A stretch of DNA of 64,000 nucleotides from an uncultured Acidimicrobiaceae bacterium (GCA_963831155.1 CAWHOY010000007.1:139235-203234), one strand, 5' to 3'. Positions 47,794 through 58,242 are shown, counted from the stretch's first letter. The notes: generated from the letters alone by a model not told the origin. Numbers and translations: made by a program.

Positions 47794-47901
47794 GACGGCG
47801 TCTCCTACAAGGTGCCCTGGCAGCGCACCACGCTGCACCAATGCCTCAAGCCTAGGGCCGGAGAGGGCATTGGCCTCGCAAAGGCAGCGCGAAGTCCCTT
47901 C

Positions 47902-49236
47902 TCAGTGCGGCAACGACGGTGGTTGGACGATGTTCACGTACAGCGCCGACAGCCCGAGCACGATCAGCGCGGCGAGAAAGGCATAGGCGACGGGCATCAG
48001 CTTCCTGACGTCCGCGTGATACGGCCGGTTGCGCCGGGAGCGGATGCGCTCGTAGATGGCGATCGCGACGTGGCCGCCGTCGAGCGGCAGCATTGGAAAG
48101 AGGTTCGCCATCCCGACGAACAGGTTGATCGCGACGAGGATGTAGAGCAGCTCCGAGACGTTGTTCCGCAGCGCCTGCGCGGCGATGTCGACTGCGCCCG
48201 GCAGCGACAACAACTCGCTCGAACGCGACGAAGACGTTGATTTCGTGGCGGACGCCCCGCTCGTCGAGGTTGACGACGGCGCGTTGCGCGCCGTCGCGAC
48301 CTGATGGACGAAAGTGCTCAGTCCGTGGAAGGAAAAGACCTGTGCGAAGCCCTCACCGGTCGCCTGGATGACGCGGCCGAGCATCACGCCCGATCGCGGC
48401 ACGGCGTCGAGCACAGACGAGGTCACGAGCTGAACCGCGCCGAGGTCGACACCGATAACGCCGATCGGTCGGTTGCCTTGTTTTTCCGGCTGCTTGTGGT
48501 CGCTCGCAAGATCGGCGGTGCGACCGTCGATGACGTGCACAGCAAGGGTCAACAAATGGCCGTTGCGGCGCACGGTCAGCGAGACCGTGTCGCCCGGATG
48601 GTCCTCGATGAACGTGATGAAGCGCGTCACGTTTGTGTAGTGGTGACCGTCGACCGCGACGAGCGTGTCGCCGGGTCGGACGCCCGCTACTCCGGCGGGA
48701 TTCGTGCGGTTCGAGTACGCCGTGAGACCACTGATTTCAAGCGGGGCGGACCTCGGCAAGCCGGTGAAGGCGATCATCACGAACACCAGAACGAAGGCGA
48801 TGATGAAGTGCATCGCCGATCCCGAGACCGCGACCAGGAGCCGACGGGGGAAGGTCGCCTCTCGGTAGCTGCGTGCTTCGTCCTCGGGCGCGACCTCCTC
48901 GAGCGAGGTCATGCCGACGATCCGGACGTAGCCTCCAGCTGGAATCGCCTTCACCCCGTACTCGGTCTCGCCGCGTCGGATCGACCAGAGCCGCGGTCCG
49001 AAGCCGAAGAAGAACTCCGTCACTTTCATCCCGGAAGCCTTCGCGGTGATGAAATGTCCGAACTCGTGCAGCATCACCATGAGCACGAGCGCGGCAACGA
49101 CGATCAACACATCGAGACCGTGGAACAAGACGGCGATGGCAATGATCGCCGCGACTGCGACGAGGAGGCGAACCACCGCCGCCGCGTTGGACGGCGTTTT
49201 TCCGCTCCCGCTCGCGATCGTCGCTGACTCGCTCAC
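47902..49236 (-). CDS. M50 site-2 metalloprotease (RseP/Rip1-like, PDZ)
   Basis: 'HEFGH', 'GGYVRIVGM', 'NLFPMLPLDGGH'; located between dxr and ispG. Confidence 0.93.
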   Translation of the reverse strand: MSESATIASGSGKTPSNAAAVVRLLVAVAAIIAIAVLFHGLDVLIVVAALVLMVMLHEFGHFITAKASGMKVTEFFFGFGPRLWSIRRGETEYGVKAIPAGGYVRIVGMTSLEEVAPEDEARSYREATFPRRLLVAVSGSAMHFIIAFVLVFVMIAFTGLPRSAPLEISGLTAYSNRTNPAGVAGVRPGDTLVAVDGHHYTNVTRFITFIEDHPGDTVSLTVRRNGHLLTLAVHVIDGRTADLASDHKQPEKQGNRPIGVIGVDLGAVQLVTSSVLDAVPRSGVMLGRVIQATGEGFAQVFSFHGLSTFVHQVATARNAPSSTSTSGASATKSTSSSRSSELLSLPGAVDIAAQALRNNVSELLYILVAINLFVGMANLFPMLPLDGGHVAIAIYERIRSRRNRPYHADVRKLMPVAYAFLAALIVLGLSALYVNIVQPPSLPH

Positions 49237-50429
49237 GCGATTTTTCGCCCGATAACCGTCGACGCGACGGCGCGCGCGTCGGCATCCGCGGCGATCACGT
49301 CGTCGACCTCGACGAGTTTTGATTCCTCATGGCGCTCGAGAGTTTCTTCAACGACCGGGGCGATGTCGAGCCATCCAATGCGACCCGAGAGGAAAGCCGC
49401 CACCGCAACCTCGTTCGCCGCATTCAGCCAAGCCGGTGCCGAGCCACCGGCGCGGCCCGCGGCGAACGCCAGTCCGAGACAGGCGAACGTGTCGTAATCC
49501 GGCTCCGAGAAGTCGAGCTGTGAAAGGCGCGACCAGTCGATCGCGCCGAACGGTTCGCGAAAGCGGTTCGGGTACGACAGTGCGTAGCCGATCGGAAGGC
49601 GCATGTCGGGATGCGACAGCTGGGCGATCGTCGCCCCGTCAGAGAACTCGACCATCGAATGGATGATCGACTGCGGATGGATGACGACTTCGATCCGGTC
49701 GTAGTCGACGCCGAACAGCGCGTGTGCCTCGATGACCTCGAGGCCTTTGTTCATCAAGGTTGAGGAGTCGATGGTGATCTTCGGACCCATCTTCCACGTC
49801 GGATGAGCGAGCGCATCGTCGACGCTGACGGCGCGGAGCTCGTCGCGGTGCCGTCCCCGGAATGGACCGCCGGACGCCGTGATGATGAGCCGGGCGACGT
49901 CGGCAGGAGGATCAGGTCCGTCAGACGAGTTGACACCCAGGTTGCGCCGCTCGCCAAGGCACTGGTGGATCGCGCAGTGCTCGGAGTCGACCGGCACGAT
50001 CTCAGCTCCCTCGGTTGCCCGGGCGGCTTGGACCACCGGCGCGCCGGCGATTAGCGACTCTTTGTTCGCTAGCGCAAGCCGCCTTCGCGATCTCAGCGCG
50101 GTGACGGTGACCCCGAGACCGGCGAAGCCGACGACCGCGTTGAGCACGACCTCGGCGGAATAACACAGCGACGCCAGACCCTCCGTGCCGACTCGAATCT
50201 CGACCCCTTGCGGAAGGCGCTCAGCGAGCTCCGAGACGAGCGACTCGTCGCCGATCGCGACGACCTCTGGTCGGAACGCCTCAGCTTGAAGGGCGAGCAC
50301 GTCGACCGATCGGTTTGCGCCGATCGCGACGACGCGTAGCGCCTCGGGGTCGCGTCCGATGACGTCGAGCGCCTGGCGTCCGATCGAGCCAGTCGAACCG
50401 ATCACCGAGACCGTGTGTGGCGTCGTCAT
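49233..50429 (-). CDS. dxr: 1-deoxy-D-xylulose-5-phosphate reductoisomerase
   Basis: 'GSTGSIG', 'LANKESL', 'PVDSEH', 'HPTWKMG', 'MNKGLE'. Confidence 0.97.
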   Translation of the reverse strand: MTTPHTVSVIGSTGSIGRQALDVIGRDPEALRVVAIGANRSVDVLALQAEAFRPEVVAIGDESLVSELAERLPQGVEIRVGTEGLASLCYSAEVVLNAVVGFAGLGVTVTALRSRRRLALANKESLIAGAPVVQAARATEGAEIVPVDSEHCAIHQCLGERRNLGVNSSDGPDPPADVARLIITASGGPFRGRHRDELRAVSVDDALAHPTWKMGPKITIDSSTLMNKGLEVIEAHALFGVDYDRIEVVIHPQSIIHSMVEFSDGATIAQLSHPDMRLPIGYALSYPNRFREPFGAIDWSRLSQLDFSEPDYDTFACLGLAFAAGRAGGSAPAWLNAANEVAVAAFLSGRIGWLDIAPVVEETLERHEESKLVEVDDVIAADADARAVASTVIGRKIA

Positions 50430-51928
50430 CCGAGGTGCACAAGACGGAAGAAGATGAACGCAGCGGGAAGGACGAAGAGCATCGCATCAATCCTGTCCGA
50501 AATACCCCCGTGCGCTGGGAGCAATCGCCCCATGTCTTTCAGTCCGAGGTCCCGCTTCACGACCGACTCGACGAGGTCGCCGAGCGGCGCGAGGACGACG
50601 ACGACCGCACCGAGTCCGAGAGCCGCGGCGACGGTGAACGGATGGACGCGGGAGACAACCAAACCCGCGACCAAAAGCGCGAGAACGCTGCCACCGATCA
50701 ACCCTTCGACCGACTTGCCCGGACTGACGCGCGGGACGAAGCGGCGCCGTCCGAACCGCGAACCGACGACGTAGGAGCCGACATCGTGCGCGACCGTGAT
50801 GCCGACGACGGCGCCCAAGTAGGCGACGCCGTGACGGTGCGGAAAGGTCGTCGGGTTGAGGAGCATCGCGGCGAAAGAGCCCAGCACGCCAACCCAGGTC
50901 ACGACGAGGATCGTCGCCCCGAAGTCCTCAACCGCCAAGCGCTGCGCTGATGAGAAGACGAGCGCCACCCCGACGAGGACGACAAGTCCCGCCAAGACGA
51001 CGGGGTCGGCGATCGGTCCTTTTAGATAGGCGAAGACGACGAGCGCCGCGGTCGCCACGAGGCCGAAAAACGACAGCGGACGGTAGTCAGAGCGACGGAG
51101 CGCCCCGAACGTCTCGCCCGCCGCGAGGGTAATCGCAACGGTCGCGAGCACGAGCACGCCGACCGGACCGCTCTCAAAGCAACCGACCGCGATCCCGGCG
51201 AGGACGATCCCGGTCGCGATCGCGACGGTTCCCTTGCGTTTCGTCGAGCCAACTGCTCTCGGTCGGTGCGCGGCCGAACGCGAACGGCGGCGGTGACTCG
51301 CCGGCGTGGCGACGAAATCGATCCACGCCGTGTCGTCGGGTGTAACGCCGAGCTCTGCATCCTCTGGCGCCGTCGGAACGCTCGATACGTTCGCCGGCGC
51401 CGATTCGGCGCGCGGATGATGAGTCGGTGGCTCGAAGTCGAACTCGAACGGGTCGGTATCGCCAACGCTCGACGATTCACGCCCCGCAATCGCCGACGAT
51501 TCGTCGACCTCGTCGCCTTCTTCGACGAGGTACTCGAGCGCATCGGCGTCCAAGTCCCAGTCCTGCGCGCGCTGTCGCCAGCTCGGGCCCTTGAGGCGCG
51601 GCGCGTCAGGGTCGTCTCCTTCGTCGAGCAGCACGCGGGGTACTTGTCCCGTCGGCGGATCCGTCCAATCCGGCAGCGGGATCGAGCCCGTGTCCTCGGG
51701 GGCCGATTCCACGCCCTGCGGTTCGGGTGCCGGCTCGACGAGCCCCGCCGCGACCGCGGCCTCCACTGCGACGACACGTACTTCGCCGGTAGTACGGCGC
51801 GGGGCCTCCTCGTCGGCGGCGTCGTCGGAGCGGGGATGCTCCCCGTTCATTCCGATCGGACGCTCCGCGCGATCTTCCATTGCGTTGTTCGGCACATCTC
51901 CTCCGGCAGGCGTGCCCATTGGCCCCAC
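50426..51928 (-). CDS. cdsA: Phosphatidate cytidylyltransferase with a long N-terminal extension
   Basis: C-half 'SPGKSVEG', 'GDLVESVVKRDLGLKD', 'HGGISDRID'. Start uncertain. Confidence 0.9.
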   Translation of the reverse strand: MGPMGTPAGGDVPNNAMEDRAERPIGMNGEHPRSDDAADEEAPRRTTGEVRVVAVEAAVAAGLVEPAPEPQGVESAPEDTGSIPLPDWTDPPTGQVPRVLLDEGDDPDAPRLKGPSWRQRAQDWDLDADALEYLVEEGDEVDESSAIAGRESSSVGDTDPFEFDFEPPTHHPRAESAPANVSSVPTAPEDAELGVTPDDTAWIDFVATPASHRRRSRSAAHRPRAVGSTKRKGTVAIATGIVLAGIAVGCFESGPVGVLVLATVAITLAAGETFGALRRSDYRPLSFFGLVATAALVVFAYLKGPIADPVVLAGLVVLVGVALVFSSAQRLAVEDFGATILVVTWVGVLGSFAAMLLNPTTFPHRHGVAYLGAVVGITVAHDVGSYVVGSRFGRRRFVPRVSPGKSVEGLIGGSVLALLVAGLVVSRVHPFTVAAALGLGAVVVVLAPLGDLVESVVKRDLGLKDMGRLLPAHGGISDRIDAMLFVLPAAFIFFRLVHLG

Positions 51929-51943
51929 CGAGCGCTCGGGGTC

Positions 51944-52516
51944 TCAGACCTCGAGCAATTCCTGCTCCTTGTGGGTAAGCAACCGATCTATCTCCGTGAC
52001 GAAATCGTGGGTGAGCCGGTCGAGCTCTTTGCCCGCCCATTCGACATCGTCGGATGAGACGGCACCGTCGTGCTCGTGCGTCTCGAGTTCGTGGCGGGCG
52101 TGCCGGCGCACGTTCCGCACCGCTACGCGACCCTCCTCGGCGCGCTGGCGGACAACCTTCACGAGTTCGCGGCGGCGCTCCTCGTTGAGTTGCGGAAAGT
52201 TCAGCCGGATGACCTCACCGTCGTCGGTGGGGTTCACCCCGAGGTCCGATGCTTGGATCGCCTTTTCGATCGCCTTCATCGCGTTCTTGTCGTAGGGGTG
52301 GATCACAAGCGTGCGTGCTTCGGGAACTGTGATGCCGGCGAGACTCTGCAGCGCGACGTCGCTGCCGTAGTAGTCGACCTTCAACTTCTCGACCAAGACC
52401 GGGGCAGCGCGGCCGGTTCGTACGGCACCGAATTCTCCCTTCGTGTGCTCGACGGCGCGCTGCATTTTCTCCCGCGCGTCGTTGAGCGCCGCATCGATGA
52501 TGACGTCGGCGGTCAT
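51944..52516 (-). CDS. frr: Ribosome recycling factor
   Basis: 'VRTGRA', 'DYYG', 'LNEERRRELVK', 'VRNVRR'. Confidence 0.97.
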   Translation of the reverse strand: MTADVIIDAALNDAREKMQRAVEHTKGEFGAVRTGRAAPVLVEKLKVDYYGSDVALQSLAGITVPEARTLVIHPYDKNAMKAIEKAIQASDLGVNPTDDGEVIRLNFPQLNEERRRELVKVVRQRAEEGRVAVRNVRRHARHELETHEHDGAVSSDDVEWAGKELDRLTHDFVTEIDRLLTHKEQELLEV

Positions 52517-53292
52517 CGAATCAGCGTACCGATCGGGTCACCGGTAAGCGCCCCACGGATGTTGCCGGGCGTCATCAGGTCGAACACGAGGATCGGAATG
52601 CCGTTGTCCTTGCAGAACGTGATCGCAGTGAGATCCATCACGCGCAGATCGCGCGAGATGACGTCCATGAAACTGATCTCGTCGTATTTCGTCGCCTTCG
52701 GATCCAGGCGCGGATCCGCGCTGTAGACGCCATCGACGCCGGAGTGCGTGCCCTTCATGATCACGTCCGCTTCGATCTCCGCCGCACGGAGCGCGGCGGG
52801 GGTGTCGGTCGTGAAGTACGGGTTGCCCATTCCGGCGGCGAAGATGACGACCCGTCCTTTTTCAAGGTGCCGAATCGCGCGTCGACGAATGTACGGCTCG
52901 CAGACCTCCGCCATGGAAATCGCCGACAGCACCCGAGTCGGCCGTCCCTCGCGCTCGATCGCGTCCTGCAGGGCGAGCGAGTTGATCACCGTCCCGAGCA
53001 TTCCCATCGTGTCGGACGTCGCTCGGTCAATTCCCTCACCGGCACCGGTCTGACCACGCCAGATGTTTCCACCGCCCATCATGACGGCGAGCTCGACGCC
53101 GAGCTCGTCCACCGACTCTGCGATCTCCCTCGCGATGCGGCCCACCGTCGCCGCGTCGATCGTTTCGACCGAGGATGCGGAAGCGAAGGCCTCACCAGAA
53201 ATCTTCAGCACGGCGCGCGACCACTTCCGTGGAAACAAGCCTTCGGTGAGCGTGCCCGACGCGACCGCCGCCGGCTGTCGGCGCGGGGTCAC
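52513..53292 (-). CDS. pyrH: UMP kinase
   Basis: 'VLKISGEA', 'GGGNIWRG', 'PYFTTD', 'DGVYSADP'. Confidence 0.96.
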   Translation of the reverse strand: MTPRRQPAAVASGTLTEGLFPRKWSRAVLKISGEAFASASSVETIDAATVGRIAREIAESVDELGVELAVMMGGGNIWRGQTGAGEGIDRATSDTMGMLGTVINSLALQDAIEREGRPTRVLSAISMAEVCEPYIRRRAIRHLEKGRVVIFAAGMGNPYFTTDTPAALRAAEIEADVIMKGTHSGVDGVYSADPRLDPKATKYDEISFMDVISRDLRVMDLTAITFCKDNGIPILVFDLMTPGNIRGALTGDPIGTLIR

Positions 53293-54089
53293 GAACCGAC
53301 GACGACCTGCGCGAAACGGCGGACCTTTGCGCCACCGAGCAGCTGGGCGATCGTCTGCTTCTCGTCCTTCGCGAACGGCTGGTCGAGCAGTACGTGGTCC
53401 TTGAACCAACCGTTCAACCGACCTTCGACGATCTTTTCGAGCTGGGACTCGGGCTTTCCTTCGTTCTTCGCGATCGCGAGCATCGTCTCGCGCTCGCTCG
53501 CGACGACCGATTCGGGAACTTCCGCGCGTGACAAGTACTCCGGACGTGCGAACGCGATGTGGACGGCGATGTCGTGGGCGAGCGCGGCAGAGCCCCCCTC
53601 GAGCTCGATCAACACCCCGTTGACCCCGCGACCGTTCTGCACGTGCAGGTAGCTCTCTAAAATTGTCGTCCCGTCGGACTCGAAACGCGCGTGCTGACCG
53701 ATGGCGATGTTCTCTTTCATCGTCACCTTCAGTTCGTCGATCTCATCCGCGTGCCGCGCGAGCGCCTCTTCCCCGTCGGTCGCGAGGGTCTCAGCGAGCG
53801 TGTCGACGAGGCGTACGAAGTCGGCTGACTTCGCGACGAAGTCGGTTTCGCATTCGAGTGCGACAACCGCGCCGACGCCATGCTCGCCGCTGACGACAAC
53901 CGAAACTGCGCCTTCGGCGCGTTCGCGGCCCGACCGCTTCGACGCGCCCGATAGTCCCTGTTCGCGCAGCCAGCGCCGCGCCTTTTCGAAGTCGCCGTCG
54001 GTCTCCACCAGCGCCCTCCTGGCGTCGAGAATGCCGGCTCCGGTCGCTTGACGAAGCGCCTGAACGTCTTTTGCAGTGATGTTCGCCAT
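53289..54089 (-). CDS. tsf: Elongation factor Ts
   Basis: 'VQALRQATGAG', 'ECETDFVAK', 'GKPE...KIVEG'. Confidence 0.96.
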   Translation of the reverse strand: MANITAKDVQALRQATGAGILDARRALVETDGDFEKARRWLREQGLSGASKRSGRERAEGAVSVVVSGEHGVGAVVALECETDFVAKSADFVRLVDTLAETLATDGEEALARHADEIDELKVTMKENIAIGQHARFESDGTTILESYLHVQNGRGVNGVLIELEGGSAALAHDIAVHIAFARPEYLSRAEVPESVVASERETMLAIAKNEGKPESQLEKIVEGRLNGWFKDHVLLDQPFAKDEKQTIAQLLGGAKVRRFAQVVVGS

Positions 54090-54090
54090 C

Positions 54091-54876
54091 TCAGGCTTCC
54101 TCAGCCGCGCCGACCGTCGCCGGCGCACTCTCGACCGCCGGAGGTGGCGACGTGTCTTGCACCGAACGCAGGTTGTCTGCCGCTCGACGCGAGTAGATGA
54201 ACCGTCCTTCGATGACGGCATCGGAGATCACCCGGCACATCAGCCGCCCGGAGCGGATCGCGTCGTCGTTGCCGGGAATCGGGTAGTCGATCTCGTCCGG
54301 GTCGCAGTTGGAGTCGACGACGGCGACGACGGGGATCCCGAGCTTGCGTGCCTCGGTGACTGCGATGTGCTCCTTTTTTGTGTCGATGACGAAGAGCGCG
54401 TCCGGCCGCTTCGAAAGACGGCGGATACCGCCGAGGTTGCGGGCGAGCTTTTCGAGCTCACGCTGCAACATGAGGGCCTCTTTCTTCGGCATCTGATCGA
54501 ACTCGCCGGAGTCGCGCTGGCCCTCGAGCTCCGCGAGCTTTCGCACCCGGCTCGAGATCGTCTCGAAGTTCGTCAGCATTCCGCCGAGCCAGCGTTCGTT
54601 GACGTACGGCATACCGCAGGCCGTCGCGTACTCGGCAACGGGACCCTGGGTCTGTTTCTTCGTGCCGACGAACAGCACCGTGCCGCCTTCCGCGACGAGA
54701 TCTCGCACAAACGCGTACGCCTTTTCGATACCGGCGAGGGTCTGGTGAAGATCGATGATGTAGATGCCGTTGCGCTCGCCATAAAGGAAGCGCTTCATCT
54801 TCGGGTTCCAACGTCTCGTCTGGTGCCCGAAGTGAACCCCGGCTTCGAGCAGCTGCTTCATTGTGACGACGGCCAC
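54091..54876 (-). CDS. rpsB: 30S ribosomal protein S2
   Basis: '[22 protein letters not shown]', '[10 protein letters not shown]', '[10 protein letters not shown]'. Confidence 0.98.
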   Translation of the reverse strand: MAVVTMKQLLEAGVHFGHQTRRWNPKMKRFLYGERNGIYIIDLHQTLAGIEKAYAFVRDLVAEGGTVLFVGTKKQTQGPVAEYATACGMPYVNERWLGGMLTNFETISSRVRKLAELEGQRDSGEFDQMPKKEALMLQRELEKLARNLGGIRRLSKRPDALFVIDTKKEHIAVTEARKLGIPVVAVVDSNCDPDEIDYPIPGNDDAIRSGRLMCRVISDAVIEGRFIYSRRAADNLRSVQDTSPPPAVESAPATVGAAEEA

Positions 54877-54889
54877 GCGTCGCTCCTCC

Positions 54890-54950
54890 CAACGGTTACT
54901 CGCGCCGGACACCGCGCCCTGAGGCGACCGTGGGTGTGTCCGGTCAAGGT
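54890..54950 (-). promoter_or_regulatory. Structured rpsB 5' leader (t44/S2-autoregulatory-like)
   Basis: Outer stem ccggacac/gtgtccgg (54905-54912 and 54936-54943) encloses cgcc-ctga-ggcg, just upstream of the SD. Confidence 0.5.
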
Positions 54951-55051
54951 TTGTTGGACCCGGTTAGGCCCGCACAGATGGTAGCCGGTGAGTTTCCGCC
55001 TCTGATCAGGGAGCGGAGTCCGATTCGCGCGCGAAATGGCGCTCAACGTCG

Positions 55052-55939
55052 TCAGGAGCGAGGGTGGGCCTTTTCGTAGACGGCGAGGAGCCGCTCTTTT
55101 GAGACGTGGGTGTAGCGCTGGGTAGTGCGCAGGCTGGCGTGACCGAGCAGCTCCTGTACGACCCTCAGGTCCGCCCCCCCGTCGAGAAGGTGCGTCGCGT
55201 AGGTATGGCGGAGCGCGTGAGGGTGGGTCGGCGAAGCCGCTCGTGCGTCGACCGACCGCCGCACGTCCCGCGGCGACATCCGGCGCCCCCTCCGGTTGAA
55301 GAACACCGCTTCTTTCGGCGAGTCCTTCTTCATCAGCAGAGCCCGCCGGCCCTCGAGGTACCTCGACAGGGCGTCGACGCTCGGCTCGCTCATCGGCACC
55401 CGCCGCGACTTGTTCCCTTTTCCGACAACAGTCACCGCGCCGCGATCGAGCTCGAGGTCCCCCAGGTCGAGGTCACAGCACTCGGCGACGCGCAGCCCGG
55501 ATCCGTAGAGCAGCTCGACGATCGCGTCGTCGCGAGCGGCAACGGCGAGCGTCACCGAGTCGGCGCCCTCGGGTCCTTGCTGTTGTCCCAAGAGCGCGGC
55601 GAGCTCTCCTGGCCCGAGCACCTTTGGCAGGCGACCCTCCCCCGACGGCGCGCTCAACCGGCGGGCAGGGTCGTCGTCGACGAGATGCCGGCGAAGCGCG
55701 TAGGCGAAGTAGCGCCGGAGCGACGCCGCCTTGCGGGCGATCGATCGACGGGCGAAGCCGCGCGTCGACAGATAGGCGAGGTAGCGGCGGAGCATGATCC
55801 GGTCGACCTCGCCCGGCCCGTCCACTCCGGCGCGCCCCGCCCACTCGGCAAAGGCATCGAGATCACTGCGGTACGCCCTTCTTGTCGCCGGTGACGCCGA
55901 GGTGAGCGAGCGGGAGAACCCATCGAAATCCCAGCTCAC
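55052..55939 (-). CDS. xerC: Tyrosine recombinase XerC
   Basis: 'LLYGSGLRVAE', 'GKGNKSR', 'HPHALRHTYATHLL', 'LGHASL.TTQRY'; conserved position upstream of rpsB. Confidence 0.88.
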   Translation of the reverse strand: MSWDFDGFSRSLTSASPATRRAYRSDLDAFAEWAGRAGVDGPGEVDRIMLRRYLAYLSTRGFARRSIARKAASLRRYFAYALRRHLVDDDPARRLSAPSGEGRLPKVLGPGELAALLGQQQGPEGADSVTLAVAARDDAIVELLYGSGLRVAECCDLDLGDLELDRGAVTVVGKGNKSRRVPMSEPSVDALSRYLEGRRALLMKKDSPKEAVFFNRRGRRMSPRDVRRSVDARAASPTHPHALRHTYATHLLDGGADLRVVQELLGHASLRTTQRYTHVSKERLLAVYEKAHPRS

Positions 55940-56049
55940 CGGCCGAGTTTACGGTCGCCGCCAGGCTGTTTCGCGTGATGGCGGACCTTTTCGCCACAGA
56001 GCCGTCCGAGCCGCGCTCGCCCTCGTGTGAAAAGGGAAACAATGGTGGC

Positions 56050-56742
56050 GTGGCGAGCCATCTTTTACTAGTGGAAGACGACGAGCGGATCCGGACCTCG
56101 ATGCGCCTCGCCCTCGAGGACGAGGGATACGGCGTCGTCGAGGCGGGGAGCGGCGAGGTCGCGCTCGACCGATTCGCCAAGGCGCCGCCATCGGAGCCGA
56201 TCGACCTCGTGATCATCGATCTCATGCTTCCTGGCATCGACGGCTTCGAGTGCTGCCGGGAGATCCGACGCGAGTCGGCGGTCCCGATCATCATGGTCAC
56301 CGCACGCACGGACACCCACGACATCGTCGCCGGACTTGAGGCGGGCGCCGACGACTACGTGACGAAGCCGTTCGAGCCGAAGGAGCTAGCGGCGCGGATC
56401 CGGGCGCTGATGCGCCGAGCGCGCTCGACCGAAGGCGGTCCTCCGACCCTTACCTTCGGCGAACTCGAGGTGATGCCCGACGCCGGCGTTGTGCGCCTCG
56501 CAGGCGAGGAGGTCCATCTCACGCGCACGGAGTTCCTGCTCCTGTGCGAGCTCGCGGCAAACTCCGGAAAGGTGTTGAGCAGAGAACAGCTGCTCGAACG
56601 CGTCTGGAGCTACGACTATTTCGGCGACGGACGCCTCGTCGACGTCCACATCCGCCGGCTCCGTACCAAGGTCGAGCCCGACCCGGCAAACCCCCGCTAC
56701 GTGCTCACGGTTCGCGGCCTCGGCTACAAGCTCGCAAGTTAA
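56050..56742 (+). CDS. OmpR-family response regulator (MtrA-like)
   Basis: 'LVEDD', 'IIDLMLPG', 'GADDYVTKPF', 'VDVHIRRLR', 'TVRGLGY'. Confidence 0.93.
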   Translation: MASHLLLVEDDERIRTSMRLALEDEGYGVVEAGSGEVALDRFAKAPPSEPIDLVIIDLMLPGIDGFECCREIRRESAVPIIMVTARTDTHDIVAGLEAGADDYVTKPFEPKELAARIRALMRRARSTEGGPPTLTFGELEVMPDAGVVRLAGEEVHLTRTEFLLLCELAANSGKVLSREQLLERVWSYDYFGDGRLVDVHIRRLRTKVEPDPANPRYVLTVRGLGYKLAS

Positions 56743-58242
56743 ATGTCGTTCGGGGAGCGGCTTCGCCGCGTCGTTTCCCCCAAGGGTGGTGAAGACCGAT
56801 CGCGACGACTATCACGACTCGGCCTTCGGGCCCGCATCACAGCGAGCTTCGCCTTGGGTGCGCTCGTACTTGCGATCCTCATCTCAACGATCACGTACGT
56901 GAAGACAAGTTCGTCGATCGTCAGCGGGGACAAACGCTCCTATAACGCGCAGGCGATCGCCAATGCCACAGCAGCACAAGGCGTCGTATTCGCAAGCGAT
57001 CCCAACGCGGAGGAGCTGAGCGCGCTCAGGCTCGTGAACGACCTGAAGACGACGTCGACGTTCACACTCGTCTACCTGGGCGATCTCCAGCAGTGGTTCT
57101 CGTCATCTCCTGTCTCGTTCACTTCGACGCAGCTGCCAACGTCACTTCGTGATGACACGATCGCCGGTCTCTCGTCCGAACAGACCTTTTCGTTCCGCAA
57201 CGCTCCGATGTACGGAGTCGGCATCGCTCTCCCAGGGCACGCTCGCTTCTTCGCGATCTACAACTTGTCGAGCGCATCTGACACGCTGCACGCGCTGCTT
57301 GCCACGCTGATCGCGGCGGGCATCGTGACTACGGCGCTCGGCGCGGTGCTTGGACGCTGGGCAGCAGGACGCGCCTTGCGACCCTTGCGGGACGTCTCTC
57401 AGGCGGCGCTTGCCATCGCTGGCGGGATGCTCGACACCAGGCTAGAAACTGCGGACGCTCGAGACCTCGCAGTTTTGACGTCGTCGTTCAATCGAATGGC
57501 AGACCGCCTCCAGCAGCGCATCGAACGCGACGCCCGCTTCACTTCCGATGTCAGCCACGAACTGCGATCTCCGTTGACGACACTCGCCGCCGCGCTCTCG
57601 GTGATCGAAGCCCGCAAAGACGAGATGCCCGAGCGCTCGCGCCACGCACTCGAGCTGCTGGCGGCAGAAGTGCGGCGCTTTCAGCGCATGGTCGCTGACC
57701 TTCTCGAAATTTCGCGCTACGACTCGCGCTCTGCCGATTTCGAGCCGACGTCGGTCGAGATCGGCGAGCTCATCCGACACGCTTCCGCTCCGCCGGGCCA
57801 CAGCGCGATCCCGATCTCGATCGAGCCTGAAAGTGATCACCAACGTGTGTTCGTCGACAAACGACGGATCGAACGAGTGCTCTCGAATCTCATCGAAAAT
57901 GCCGACCGCTACGCCGACGGAGTCACAGGAGTCTCGGTGGAAAGCGAAGACGGTTTCGTGCGCGTCCTCGTCGACGACGCAGGTCCGGGCGTTCCGGAAC
58001 CAGACCGCACGCGGATCTTCGAACGCTTCGCGCGTGGGTCATCAGTCTCGGGCAGTCGAGGCGCTGGAGTCGGAACGGGTCTCGGACTCGCGCTCGTACG
58101 CGAGCACGTGCGCTTGCACGGCGGACGCGTATTCGTCACCGACGCGCCGACGGGCGGCGCCCGCTTTGTCGTCGAGATCCCGTTGGCACCGTTGTCGGCC
58201 GCGGAGCACGACGGCCAGTCGACGAACACCAACGAGCAATGA
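56743..58242 (+). CDS. HAMP sensor histidine kinase (MtrB-like)
   Basis: Two TM helices, H-box 'DVSHELRSPL', 'NLIENA', 'DAGPG', 'GTGLGLAL'. Confidence 0.93.
   Translation: MSFGERLRRVVSPKGGEDRSRRLSRLGLRARITASFALGALVLAILISTITYVKTSSSIVSGDKRSYNAQAIANATAAQGVVFASDPNAEELSALRLVNDLKTTSTFTLVYLGDLQQWFSSSPVSFTSTQLPTSLRDDTIAGLSSEQTFSFRNAPMYGVGIALPGHARFFAIYNLSSASDTLHALLATLIAAGIVTTALGAVLGRWAAGRALRPLRDVSQAALAIAGGMLDTRLETADARDLAVLTSSFNRMADRLQQRIERDARFTSDVSHELRSPLTTLAAALSVIEARKDEMPERSRHALELLAAEVRRFQRMVADLLEISRYDSRSADFEPTSVEIGELIRHASAPPGHSAIPISIEPESDHQRVFVDKRRIERVLSNLIENADRYADGVTGVSVESEDGFVRVLVDDAGPGVPEPDRTRIFERFARGSSVSGSRGAGVGTGLGLALVREHVRLHGGRVFVTDAPTGGARFVVEIPLAPLSAAEHDGQSTNTNEQ

Noticed and set aside
55052-55939. 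Tyrosine recombinase as a mobile-element integrase
   Set aside because: Size, motifs and position upstream of rpsB fit housekeeping XerC, and there are no cargo or att features.
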